This document shows, piece after piece, positions 29,997-38,288 of a stretch of 64,000 nt of DNA. The stretch covers positions 1,458,191 to 1,522,190 of the forward strand of contig OY969920.1 in assembly GCA_963704605.1 (NCBI GenBank), given 5' to 3'. A program made the translations under genes and the position numbers. Origin of the DNA: an uncultured beta proteobacterium. Its GTDB lineage: Bacteria > Pseudomonadota > Gammaproteobacteria > Burkholderiales > Nitrosomonadaceae. Positions within the stretch are counted from its first letter, which is position 1. The number at the start of each line of letters is the position of its first letter. The notes beneath the pieces are model-generated. The model searched no databases, was not told where the DNA came from, and saw only the letters and a list, made by a program, of their open reading frames with translations.

Positions 29997-30548
29997 ATGA
30001 AAACTCTATTAAAAGCCGTTGCAGGGTTGTTGCTTATTGCTGTGATAGCCGCTGGATACGTGATAAGCACAGGCATTTACAATATTGCTGCTAACGAAAA
30101 ACATTGGCCAATGACAGAAAAACTGATTGAATGGGTGCGGAACAATTCAATTGCCGTCAGAGCAAATGCACTGGAAGTGCCTGACAGGGAGGAAATCGAA
30201 TACCTGGTCGCTGGCGCAACACACTATGACGCAATGTGCGTTATTTGCCACCTGGCCCCCGGACAAGCGTCCACCGAACTTGCGCAAGGTTTGTATCCAC
30301 AGGCACCAGTCTTTTATCAGCGTAAATCGCCAGCCGACACGGATGCTATCGAAACTCAGGCAAAAGCTTATTTCTGGGTCATTAAAAATGGTATAAAAAT
30401 GACTGCAATGCCCGCATGGGGACTGACGCATGATGATCAAACGATATGGGCAATGGCGTTTTTTGTCCAGAAACTCGGTGACATGTCAGCCGATCAGTAT
30501 CGCAATCTCATCAGCAAACACGATGCTAGTACCGTAACACATAAATAA
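29997..30548 (+). CDS. Membrane-anchored monohaem c-type cytochrome
   Basis: N-terminal TM anchor, one CVICH haem-binding motif and a downstream MTAMPAW likely holding the Met ligand. Confidence 0.7.
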   Translation: MKTLLKAVAGLLLIAVIAAGYVISTGIYNIAANEKHWPMTEKLIEWVRNNSIAVRANALEVPDREEIEYLVAGATHYDAMCVICHLAPGQASTELAQGLYPQAPVFYQRKSPADTDAIETQAKAYFWVIKNGIKMTAMPAWGLTHDDQTIWAMAFFVQKLGDMSADQYRNLISKHDASTVTHK

Positions 30549-30609
30549 CGAAACCTATTCCAGTCTCCATTATACTGTTGCAAATTCATCCAGAGACGAG
30601 GGTCTGGTC

Positions 30610-31689
30610 ATGCGGCAGATAAAATTGGATCTTGACGACAAGGCACGCGAGTTGATTGATTCGTACCGCGCAAAAGGCTTGCGCCAAGCCCGTGAGGTGA
30701 ATCGGGCGCACATTCTATCTGCACTCGATCGCGGCATTTCGGAAACGCAGATCATGGCAGTTCTTGGTATCGGGCGGACGGCCATTTGGCGAACACGCCG
30801 CGCATGCCTAGATGGCGGCGTGGAGCACGCAGTGAGAGATGTTGCTCGGCCCGGCAGGCCTAGGCAATACGATGCGGATGTAGAAGCCAAGATATCGGCC
30901 CTGGCCTGCTCAGAACCGCCCGCCGGTGCTAGGCGTTGGACGCTGGTACTACTGGAACAGGCCGCTCGGAAGCAGATTGACGTTGGTCAGATTAGTCGCG
31001 AGACCATCCGCCGCCTGCTAAAAAAACTGCGTCAAACCGTGGCGCAAGCTGACAGAGGAATATCGAGAGCGAATGCACGATCTTCTTGAACTCTATGCCC
31101 AGCCATTCCAGCCAGGAGAGCCGGTTATTTGCCTGGATGAGAAGAGCAGCAGCTGCTCAAGAATTCTCGTGCACCGTTGTCCATCCGCCCCGGAGTGCCC
31201 GTACGGCAGGATTACGAATACGTCCGCGGCGGCACCTGCAATCTGTTCGTGGCAGTGGAACCGAAAGGCGGACGGCGGACAGTCCTGGTCACCGATCGCC
31301 GCGCCAAGCTCGACTTCGTGGCCTTCGTTCAGTATCTGCTCAACACGGTCTACGCAAAGGCGCATCGTGTCCATCTGGTCATGGATAATCTCAACACCCA
31401 CTTTCGTAAATGCTTCGAAGAAGTGCTCGGGGTCAAGGCGGCGACAGCACTCCTGCGTCGCGTTGTCTTTCACTACACCCCGAAACACGCCAGCTAGTTG
31501 AACATAGCTGAAATCGAGATTGGTATCCCTGACCGCCAATGCCTGGATTGCCGCTTACCAGACCGTGCCACATTGATCGCCGAGGTCGACGCCTGGCAAC
31601 AGCGCCGCAACGCCGGTCAGTGCGGCATCGTGTGGTCGTTTACGCGGCAGGATGCAGATCTGAAAATGGCTCGACATTATGCTTCGTAA
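30610..31689 (+). mobile_element. IS630-family transposase gene, decayed (pseudogene); element ends not defined
   Basis: The HTH N-terminus is in frame 1. The frame shifts at an A7 run (~31020-31026) into frame 2 (..KPWRKLTEEYRERMHDLLELYAQPFQPGEPVICLDEKS). It shifts back at ~31148 into frame 1 (QQLLKNSRAPLSIRPGVPVRQDYEYVRGGTCNLF...VMDNLNTH...). An in-frame TAG at 31495-31497 sits where family members have W (HAS*LNIAEIE). The DDE residues are recognisable. Confidence 0.85.
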
Positions 31690-31713
31690 TTAATGGGGCA
31701 TGATACTAGTGAC
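31686..31713. repeat. Left copy of a 28-nt imperfect direct repeat flanking the R-M operon
   Basis: GTAATTAATGGGGCATGATACTAGTGAC compared with GTAATTAATAGGTCGCGATACTAGTGAC at 40031-40058 gives 24/28 identical, same orientation, 8345 bp apart. Confidence 0.8.
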
Positions 31714-34246
31714 CGTAAAAGAAGCCACCGCACGCATTAAGATCAACCAGCTGCTTGAAGCGGCTGGTTGGCGCTTCTTTGCTGAGGGCGGCCTGCCCGC
31801 AAATATCCAGCTCGAACCCGGCATCACCATCAAGACAAATGAACTTGATGCATTCGGCGAGAACTTTGAGAAAGCATTCAAAGGGTTTATCGATTTCCTA
31901 TTGCTCAATGAAAAGGGTTTTCCTTTCATCATTCTCGAAGCCAAGGCCGAAGATAAAAGCCCTCTGGTCGGCAAAGAGCAGGCTCGCAAATACGCGAAAT
32001 CTCAAAATTGCCGCTTCGTCATTCTTTCCAACGGAAACTTGCACTACTTCTGGGATCTGGAACGTGGCAACCCTTATGTCATCACCAGCTTCCCAACTCC
32101 CACATCAGTAACCGGCTATCAAAAAACCATACCAGCCCCAAAAAGATTGATCGAAGAGATCGTTGCTGAGGATTATGTCGCCCTCACACAGCGCCCCGGC
32201 TATGCAGCCGAGGCGGGATGGTTGAATGAAGATGAGCGTGCTCGCTTTATCGTAGCGAACAGCCTGCGCTTCCTGCGGCCTTACCAACTGAATGCCCTGC
32301 GCTCCATTCAGCAAGCCGTTAAGGACGGGAAAGACCGTTTCCTGTTTGAAATGGCAACTGGCACCGGAAAAACGCTTACTTCCGCTGCCGTCATTAAACT
32401 ATTTTTGCGCACCGGTAATGCCCAGCGCGTGCTCTTTCTGGTGGATAGGCTGGAACTTGAAGACCAAGCCTGGAAAGCTTTCAACAAAGTGCTCGCCAAC
32501 GATTACAAAACCGTCATCTACAAAGAAAATCGCGATGACTGGCGACGCGCAGAAATCGTCGTCACCACAGTCCAGTCGCTGCTGTTCAACAACAAATACC
32601 AGCAGTTATTTTCGCCGACTGATTTCGATTTGGTGATCTCCGACGAAGCGCACCGATCTATCGGTGGAAATGCACGGGCCGTATTCGACTATTTCATCGG
32701 CTATAAGCTAGGACTCACCGCAACGCCTCGCGATTACCTAAAGCGCTTCGATAACACCAAACAGACCAAAGACCCGCGCGAATTCGAGCGTCGGTTGTTG
32801 CTCGACACCTACCGCACCTTCGGCTGCGATGACGGCCAACCCACCTACCGCTACTCACTGCTGGATGGCGTGAAAGATGGTTTTCTTATCAACCCCATCG
32901 TTGTCGATGCCCGCAGCGAGATCACCACACAGCTTCTGTCAGAAGAGGGCTTTGTGGTTGACTTCAAGGACGACTTGGGTGAAGACCAGAAAGAAACTTT
33001 CAAGCAGCGCCAATTTGAGAAACGCTTTTTCGCCGACGCCACCAACCAGATTTTCTGCAAAACATTTCTGGAGCATGCGCACCGTGACCCCATCAGCGGC
33101 GAGATTGGAAAATCCATCATCTTCGCCGTGAGTCAAAATCACGCTGCCAAACTTGCACAGATTTTGAATCAGATGGCCGACAGAATGTTCCCCGGAAAAT
33201 ACCAGTCTGACTTTGCCGTGCAAGTTACCTCGCAGATTCCCGACGCCCAGCAATTCACCATCAACTTCACCAATAACAAGCTGCTCGGCTCGGCTAACTT
33301 TTTGCCCACCTACAAAACCAGCAAAGCTCGCGTTTGCGTCACCGTCGGCATGATGACCACGGGCTACGATTGCCCCGATCTGCTCAATCTGGGCCTGTTC
33401 CGACCGATTTTTTCACCCACCGATTTCATTCAGATCAAAGGACGCGGCACGCGCAAACACAACTTTCTCGAACAGCTTTTCGATGAAGACATCAAGGAGA
33501 TCGTCAAGGAACCGCGCAAAACCTCGTACAAGCTCTTCGACTTCTTCGCCAACTGCGAATATTTTGAGGAAGAATTCAACTACGACGAAGTGCTCAAGCT
33601 GCCCAAACCCAAAGGGCTTGGCGGGAAGGGTACAGGCGGAGGTGGCGAGGGCGGTGAAGTGGAAACCTACGAGCACCTTGGCGGCGACATCATCGCCTCA
33701 ATCCGTGCTGAGCAAATCACTGCCGAAGGCATGAAGATCGACCGCATGTTCTACGAAAAATTCGAGGACACCGTGCGCGAGAACGCGGCCATCGTCGAAG
33801 CCGTCGAGGCAGGCCAGTGGGATCGCGTGATTGATTACGTCAACCGCGAGGTTTTTGACAAGCCCAACGAGTTCTATACCCTCGACAAACTGCGCAAAGC
33901 TGCGGCGGTAGATCGCCGACTCGGCCTGCGCGAAATCCTCGAAAAAATATTTGGTCTGATTCCGCGCTTCAAATCCAGGGATGAATTGCTTGAAGAAGAG
34001 TTCGCCAAATTCGTCGCCGACTACAAGCCGCAAGAAGCCGAGGCCATCGTCGCGCTCAAGAACTATTTCAAGGCCTACGTCACCAGCGACCAGATTCGCC
34101 ACATTATTGATAGCGGAGAGCTAACCGATCTTGCAACAAATTCGTTTTTCCCCTTGCGTGACTTCAAAGCCGTGCCAAAGCAATACCGCACGCTCATCCC
34201 CAATTACGTCAAAGACTATGTGTCCTTGAACCAGTTTGCCCCGTAG
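31700..34246 (+). CDS. hsdR: Type I restriction enzyme R subunit
   Basis: 848 aa. It has an N-terminal nuclease-type region (ARIKINQLLEAAGW, ...ILEAKA...), helicase motifs MATGTGKT, ISDEAHRS, TATP and QIKGRGTR, and a long C-terminal helical domain. Confidence 0.9.
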   Translation: MILVTVKEATARIKINQLLEAAGWRFFAEGGLPANIQLEPGITIKTNELDAFGENFEKAFKGFIDFLLLNEKGFPFIILEAKAEDKSPLVGKEQARKYAKSQNCRFVILSNGNLHYFWDLERGNPYVITSFPTPTSVTGYQKTIPAPKRLIEEIVAEDYVALTQRPGYAAEAGWLNEDERARFIVANSLRFLRPYQLNALRSIQQAVKDGKDRFLFEMATGTGKTLTSAAVIKLFLRTGNAQRVLFLVDRLELEDQAWKAFNKVLANDYKTVIYKENRDDWRRAEIVVTTVQSLLFNNKYQQLFSPTDFDLVISDEAHRSIGGNARAVFDYFIGYKLGLTATPRDYLKRFDNTKQTKDPREFERRLLLDTYRTFGCDDGQPTYRYSLLDGVKDGFLINPIVVDARSEITTQLLSEEGFVVDFKDDLGEDQKETFKQRQFEKRFFADATNQIFCKTFLEHAHRDPISGEIGKSIIFAVSQNHAAKLAQILNQMADRMFPGKYQSDFAVQVTSQIPDAQQFTINFTNNKLLGSANFLPTYKTSKARVCVTVGMMTTGYDCPDLLNLGLFRPIFSPTDFIQIKGRGTRKHNFLEQLFDEDIKEIVKEPRKTSYKLFDFFANCEYFEEEFNYDEVLKLPKPKGLGGKGTGGGGEGGEVETYEHLGGDIIASIRAEQITAEGMKIDRMFYEKFEDTVRENAAIVEAVEAGQWDRVIDYVNREVFDKPNEFYTLDKLRKAAAVDRRLGLREILEKIFGLIPRFKSRDELLEEEFAKFVADYKPQEAEAIVALKNYFKAYVTSDQIRHIIDSGELTDLATNSFFPLRDFKAVPKQYRTLIPNYVKDYVSLNQFAP

Positions 34247-34254
34247 GAACAGCC

Positions 34255-35124
34255 ATGCCCAAGACGAGCAAAGCAACCATAGATGTACAGGGAACCGCTG
34301 TCACGGTTATCAGCCAAGCGAGTGATGACTATATTTCCCTGACGGACATTGCCAAACACAAAGAACCGGATCGATCCGATCATGTCATCCAGAACTGGAT
34401 GAGAAACCGCAATACCATCGAGTTTCTAGGCGTATGGGAGCGGCTGAATAATGCTGGTTTTAAACCCCTCGAATTCGAGGGGTTTAAAACCAGGGCTGGT
34501 CTCAACAGTTTCGTTTTGACGCCACGTCAATGGATAGACACGACCCACGCCAGCGGACTGGTCTCCAAGTCAGGGCGCTATGGCGGAACCTACGCACACA
34601 GGGACATCGCCTTTGAATTCGCCTCATGGATATCAGTCGAGTTCAAGCTCTACCTCATCAAGGAATTCCAGCGCCTCAAAGAAGACGAGAACCGCCGCCT
34701 GTCACTCGCATGGAACCTGAATCGCACCCTTTCCAGGCTCAATTACCGCATCCATACCGACGCTATTCAGGCGCACCTGATTCCGGCCGCGGTCACCCCG
34801 GCACAAGCCGCCATCACCTACGCCAACGAAGCCGACCTGCTCAATGTCGCCCTCTTCGGCCTCACCGCCAAACAATGGCGGGACACCAACCCCAAGCTGG
34901 ACGGCAACATGCGCGATTACGCCACCATTGAGCAGTTGCTGGTGCTGGCCAATATCGAAAGCATGAATGCCGAATTTATTCACATGAGCTTATCGCAAGC
35001 CGATCGCCTCAAACGCCTCAACGAAATTGCCATCCGCCAAATGCAGGTGCTGACCGCTGCCACGGCGGTTAAGCAACTGCTGACCGGCAACAAGCAGCGT
35101 TTACCACGGAACACACAGAAATGA
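34255..35124 (+). CDS. KilA-N domain-containing DNA-binding protein
   Basis: ..DYISLTDIAKHK...IQNWMRNRNTIEFLGVWERLNN..FKPLEFEGF..AGLNSFVLTPRQWI...GRYGGTYAHRDIAFEFASWISVEFKLYLIKEFQRLKEDE matches KilA-N proteins that I recall embedded in type I R-M loci. Confidence 0.6.
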   Translation: MPKTSKATIDVQGTAVTVISQASDDYISLTDIAKHKEPDRSDHVIQNWMRNRNTIEFLGVWERLNNAGFKPLEFEGFKTRAGLNSFVLTPRQWIDTTHASGLVSKSGRYGGTYAHRDIAFEFASWISVEFKLYLIKEFQRLKEDENRRLSLAWNLNRTLSRLNYRIHTDAIQAHLIPAAVTPAQAAITYANEADLLNVALFGLTAKQWRDTNPKLDGNMRDYATIEQLLVLANIESMNAEFIHMSLSQADRLKRLNEIAIRQMQVLTAATAVKQLLTGNKQRLPRNTQK

Positions 35125-35498
35125 CGAAGCTAAAGTTCGAAGAGGAGAGCTTTCGGATTCGTGGTGCGATCTTCGAGGTTTACCGGGAGATGGGTTGCGG
35201 GTTTTTGGAGGCGGTTTATCAGGAGTGTCTTGACAAAGAATTGAAGAAGCAGAACATCGCATTCGTGGCCCAGCGGGAACTTATGTTGCGCTACAAGGGG
35301 GAGCCGTTAGCCCAGACCTACAAGCCTGACTTTATCTGCTTTGATCGGATCATTGTCGAACTCAAAGCGGTCAGGGAACTGGCGAACGAACATCGGGCGC
35401 AGGTTCACAATTACCTCAAAGCGACCGGTCTTGAACTGGGATTGCTGGTCAACTTCGGCCACCACCCGAAAGCGGAAATTGAAAGAATCGTTTTATGA
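35121..35498 (+). CDS. GxxExxY protein (PD-(D/E)XK nuclease superfamily, PDDEXK_3/TIGR04256-like)
   Basis: 125 aa with GFLEAVY (GxxExxY) and PDFICFDRIIVELK (D...ExK). The start overlaps the KilA-N stop (ATGA). Confidence 0.8.
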   Translation: MTKLKFEEESFRIRGAIFEVYREMGCGFLEAVYQECLDKELKKQNIAFVAQRELMLRYKGEPLAQTYKPDFICFDRIIVELKAVRELANEHRAQVHNYLKATGLELGLLVNFGHHPKAEIERIVL

Positions 35499-35539
35499 AA
35501 ATACAAATGAACCACGGAATGCACGAAAACCCCGGAGAG

Positions 35540-35623
35540 AACCACGGAATACACGGAACACACGGAATGGAAGACAAGACAGACAAATTTTCATCTTCCG
35601 TGTATTCAGTGTGTTCCGTGGTT
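35540..35623. repeat. Palindromic (hairpin) element, copy A, between the GxxExxY stop and the hsdM start
   Basis: The arm AACCACGGAATACACGGAACACACGGAA (35540-35567) pairs with TTCCGTGTATTCAGTGTGTTCCGTGGTT (35596-35623), 25/28 complementary by hand. An extra half-arm lies at 35509-35529. Confidence 0.85.
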
Positions 35624-35636
35624 AAATAGGATTTCC

Positions 35637-38285
35637 ATGTTAGACACCGCCACCAAACGCCGCATCGACACCGCCCGCGACATTCTCGTCGGTAAAGTGC
35701 CCGACCCGAAATCGCAAGTTGAGCAAATCACCATCGCCCTCATCTACAAGTTCATGGACGACATGGACGCCGAGAGCGAAGAACTCGGCGGCAAGCGCAA
35801 GTTCTTCACCGGCGACTACGCCCGTTTCGGCTGGGCCAAACTAATGGCGCCGAGTCTCGGCGGCCATGAACTAATCGGCATCTACGGTGAAGGCATCACC
35901 ACCATGCCGCAGAACCCCGGCATCCCCGCGCTGTTTCGTGACATCTTCAAAAACGCCTATCTGCCCTATCGCGATCCCGAGACGCTCAAGAGCTTTCTCA
36001 AAATCATCGACGAATTCAGCTACGACCATTCCGAACGCTTGGGCGATGCCTTCGAATATCTGCTCTCCGTACTTGGCTCGCAGGGCGATGCCGGGCAGTT
36101 CCGCACCCCGCGCCACATCATTGATTTTATGGTTGAAGTCACCGACCCGAAGAAGAACGAGACCGTGCTCGATCCCGCCTGCGGCACTGCTGGTTTTTTG
36201 ATCTCGTCCTACAAACACATCCTCAAGGGCAACTCTTCTCCCTCTCCCCTCGCGGGAAAGGGCCAGGGAGAGAGGGCGGCGCAACGTGCCGGTGATTTGT
36301 TGACCCCCGACGAAAAAGGCCGCCTCGCCACCAACTTCAAAGGCTACGACATCTCGCCCGACATGGTGCGCCTCAGCTTGGTGAACCTCTACCTGCACGG
36401 CTTCACCGATCCACACGTTTACGAATACGACACCCTCACCTCGGAAGAGCGCTGGAACGAATACGCCGACGTCATCCTCGCCAACCCGCCCTTCATGTCG
36501 CCCAAGGGCGGCATCAAGCCGCACAAGCGTTTTTCCATTCAGGCCAAACGCAGCGAAGTGCTGTTCGTGGACTACATGGCCGAGCACCTCACGCCCACCG
36601 GTCGCGCAGGCATCATCGTCCCCGAGGGCATCATCTTCCAGAGCCAGGGCGCCTACACCGAGCTGCGCAGGATGCTGGTGGAAAATTCGCTGGTCGCCGT
36701 GATTTCGCTCCCGGCAGGCTGTTTCAATCCCTACTCCGGGGTGAAAACCTCGATCCTGATTCTCGATAAATCCATCGCAAAACAGAGCAACAGCATCGCC
36801 TTTTTCAAGGTGGAAAACGACGGCTACGGCCTCGGCGCGCAACGCCGCGAGATTGGCAAAAACGACCTGCCTGCGGCTGCTGAGTTTTTGAAAAACTATT
36901 TGAACAACGAAAGACAAATTAACCACGGAAGACACGGAACACACGGAAAAAAGCAAACAGAAACCGCCCCCGATTTTTCTTCCGTGTATTCTGTGTCTTC
37001 CGTGGTTGAAAAGTTTTTGATCGTCCCGAAAGAAAAAATTGCCGCGAATGGCGACTACAACCTGAGTGGGGAGCGGTATCGGGAAGGTGCGGTCAGTCTA
37101 ACAACATTCCAGCTTGTAACGCTTGAAGAAGTTTTCACAAAGATTAGTAATGGCGTGAATGTCACCCAAGTGGACGAAAAGGCAAAATATCGGGTATCGC
37201 GCATTCAAACCATCGCAGATGGCTCAGTGAATCTCGAAAAAACGAAGTTTACGGATGATGAAGTGAAACCAGAATTATTTCTCCAGTCTGGTGACATCCT
37301 TCTCAGTCACATCAATAGTTTCGATCACCTTGGAAAGACCGCCATCTTTTTGGGCAACGACGCTGACGTGATTCACGGGATAAATCTGATCCGCTTAGTG
37401 CCGGATGCTTCCCGCATCGACCCGCGCTACGCGATTCGCGTTTTCAAGACAAGCCGATTCATCGATACGGTGAAGTCTTTTGCACAAAAGGCGGTCAACC
37501 AGGCTAGCGTGAAGACCTCTGACTTACGCGCAATTCAAATCCCCCTGCCGCCGCTGGACGTGCAGAAGGAAATCGTGGCGGAAATCGAGGGCTACCAGAA
37601 AGTCATCAACGGCGCCCGCGCCGTCCTCGACCACTACCGCCCCCACATCCCCATCCACCCCGATTGGCCGATTCCCACCTTCGAAGACGCGCCCTTTCAA
37701 ATCATCGACGGCGACCGGGGAGCAAACTACCCGAGCAAGGAGGATTTTTCTCCTTCGGGCCATTGCCTCTTCTTGAATACGAAGAACGTTCGCTCCGACG
37801 GATTCAAGTTCGAAGAGTTGGAGTTCATCAGTGCCGCGAAAGACAACGCCCTGCGGAAAGGTAAGCTTGAGCGTGGTGATGTGTTGCTCACAACGCGCGG
37901 GACCATCGGAAACACCGCTCTCTATGACGCGTCAGTCGCGTTCGATCACGTCCGCATCAACTCCGGCATGCTCATTTTCCGGCCGGTGGCATCCCAGCTC
38001 TCAAGCAGCTATCTCTTTCATTTCTTCCAGTCGGAAAACTTTCGAACGCAGAGGGAAGCAATCGTTTCAGGTGCCGCGCAGCCGCAGCTTCCGATTCGGA
38101 GCCTCAATGAAGCGAAAATCCCCCTCCCACCCCTCGCCACCCAGCAAGCCATCGTCGCCGAGATCGAAGCCGAGCAAGCACTGGTGGCCGCCAACCGCGA
38201 ACTGATTGCCCGCTTCGAGCAAAAAATCCAAGCCACCCTCGCCCGTATTTGGGGCGAAAACAATGCGGCCACAGCGAAGGAATAA
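35637..38285 (+). CDS. hsdM: Fused type I R-M methyltransferase-specificity protein (HsdM-HsdS in one ORF)
   Basis: 882 aa. The N-terminus KSQVEQITIALIYKFMDD, motif I LDPACGTAGFL and motif IV LANPPF are followed by an HsdM-type GDYNLSGERY. Two TRD-like regions then follow, each ending in an HsdS conserved helix (IQIPLPPLDVQKEIVAEIEGYQ.. and AKIPLPPLATQQAIVAEIEAEQ..). Confidence 0.85.
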   Translation: MLDTATKRRIDTARDILVGKVPDPKSQVEQITIALIYKFMDDMDAESEELGGKRKFFTGDYARFGWAKLMAPSLGGHELIGIYGEGITTMPQNPGIPALFRDIFKNAYLPYRDPETLKSFLKIIDEFSYDHSERLGDAFEYLLSVLGSQGDAGQFRTPRHIIDFMVEVTDPKKNETVLDPACGTAGFLISSYKHILKGNSSPSPLAGKGQGERAAQRAGDLLTPDEKGRLATNFKGYDISPDMVRLSLVNLYLHGFTDPHVYEYDTLTSEERWNEYADVILANPPFMSPKGGIKPHKRFSIQAKRSEVLFVDYMAEHLTPTGRAGIIVPEGIIFQSQGAYTELRRMLVENSLVAVISLPAGCFNPYSGVKTSILILDKSIAKQSNSIAFFKVENDGYGLGAQRREIGKNDLPAAAEFLKNYLNNERQINHGRHGTHGKKQTETAPDFSSVYSVSSVVEKFLIVPKEKIAANGDYNLSGERYREGAVSLTTFQLVTLEEVFTKISNGVNVTQVDEKAKYRVSRIQTIADGSVNLEKTKFTDDEVKPELFLQSGDILLSHINSFDHLGKTAIFLGNDADVIHGINLIRLVPDASRIDPRYAIRVFKTSRFIDTVKSFAQKAVNQASVKTSDLRAIQIPLPPLDVQKEIVAEIEGYQKVINGARAVLDHYRPHIPIHPDWPIPTFEDAPFQIIDGDRGANYPSKEDFSPSGHCLFLNTKNVRSDGFKFEELEFISAAKDNALRKGKLERGDVLLTTRGTIGNTALYDASVAFDHVRINSGMLIFRPVASQLSSSYLFHFFQSENFRTQREAIVSGAAQPQLPIRSLNEAKIPLPPLATQQAIVAEIEAEQALVAANRELIARFEQKIQATLARIWGENNAATAKE
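36921..37007. repeat. Palindromic (hairpin) element, copy B, in frame inside the hsdM-S ORF
   Basis: The arm AACCACGGAAGACACGGAACACACGGAA (36921-36948) pairs with TTCCGTGTATTCTGTGTCTTCCGTGGTT (36980-37007), 26/28 complementary. It is translated as INHGRHGTHGKKQTETAPDFSSVYSVSSVV. Confidence 0.85.
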
Positions 38286-38288
38286 GTC

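Noticed and set aside
31018-31030. Possible programmed frameshift at the A7 run of the IS630 transposase
   Set aside because: The required shift is +1 (frame 1 to frame 2), not the -1 slippage usual for IS elements. The gene also needs a second shift near 31148 and has an in-frame TAG, so mutational decay is the simpler reading.
31073-31539. Several overlapping 100-148 aa ORFs on both strands (31073..31501, 31086..31388, 31093..31539, 31177..31497)
   Set aside because: These are fragments or alternative frames of the single decayed IS630 transposase gene, not independent genes.
35341-35625. 94-aa ORF ending ...EPRNARKPRREPRNTRNTRNGRQDRQIFIFRVFSVFRG
   Set aside because: It is an alternative-frame read-through of the GxxExxY gene 3' end and the hairpin element. 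The repetitive peptide is just the palindrome arms translated.
35871-36956. 361-aa ORF antisense to hsdM
   Set aside because: It lies wholly inside, and opposite to, a well-supported methyltransferase ORF in a G+C-richer segment. Its translation is low-complexity (V/G/A/R-rich) with no motif and no RBS. This is a typical antisense open frame.
35509-37007. CRISPR-like repeats (AACCACGGAA.. units)
   Set aside because: There are only two full copies plus a half-arm, arranged as inverted arms of hairpins rather than regularly spaced direct repeats with spacers. One copy is inside an ORF, and there are no cas genes in the window.
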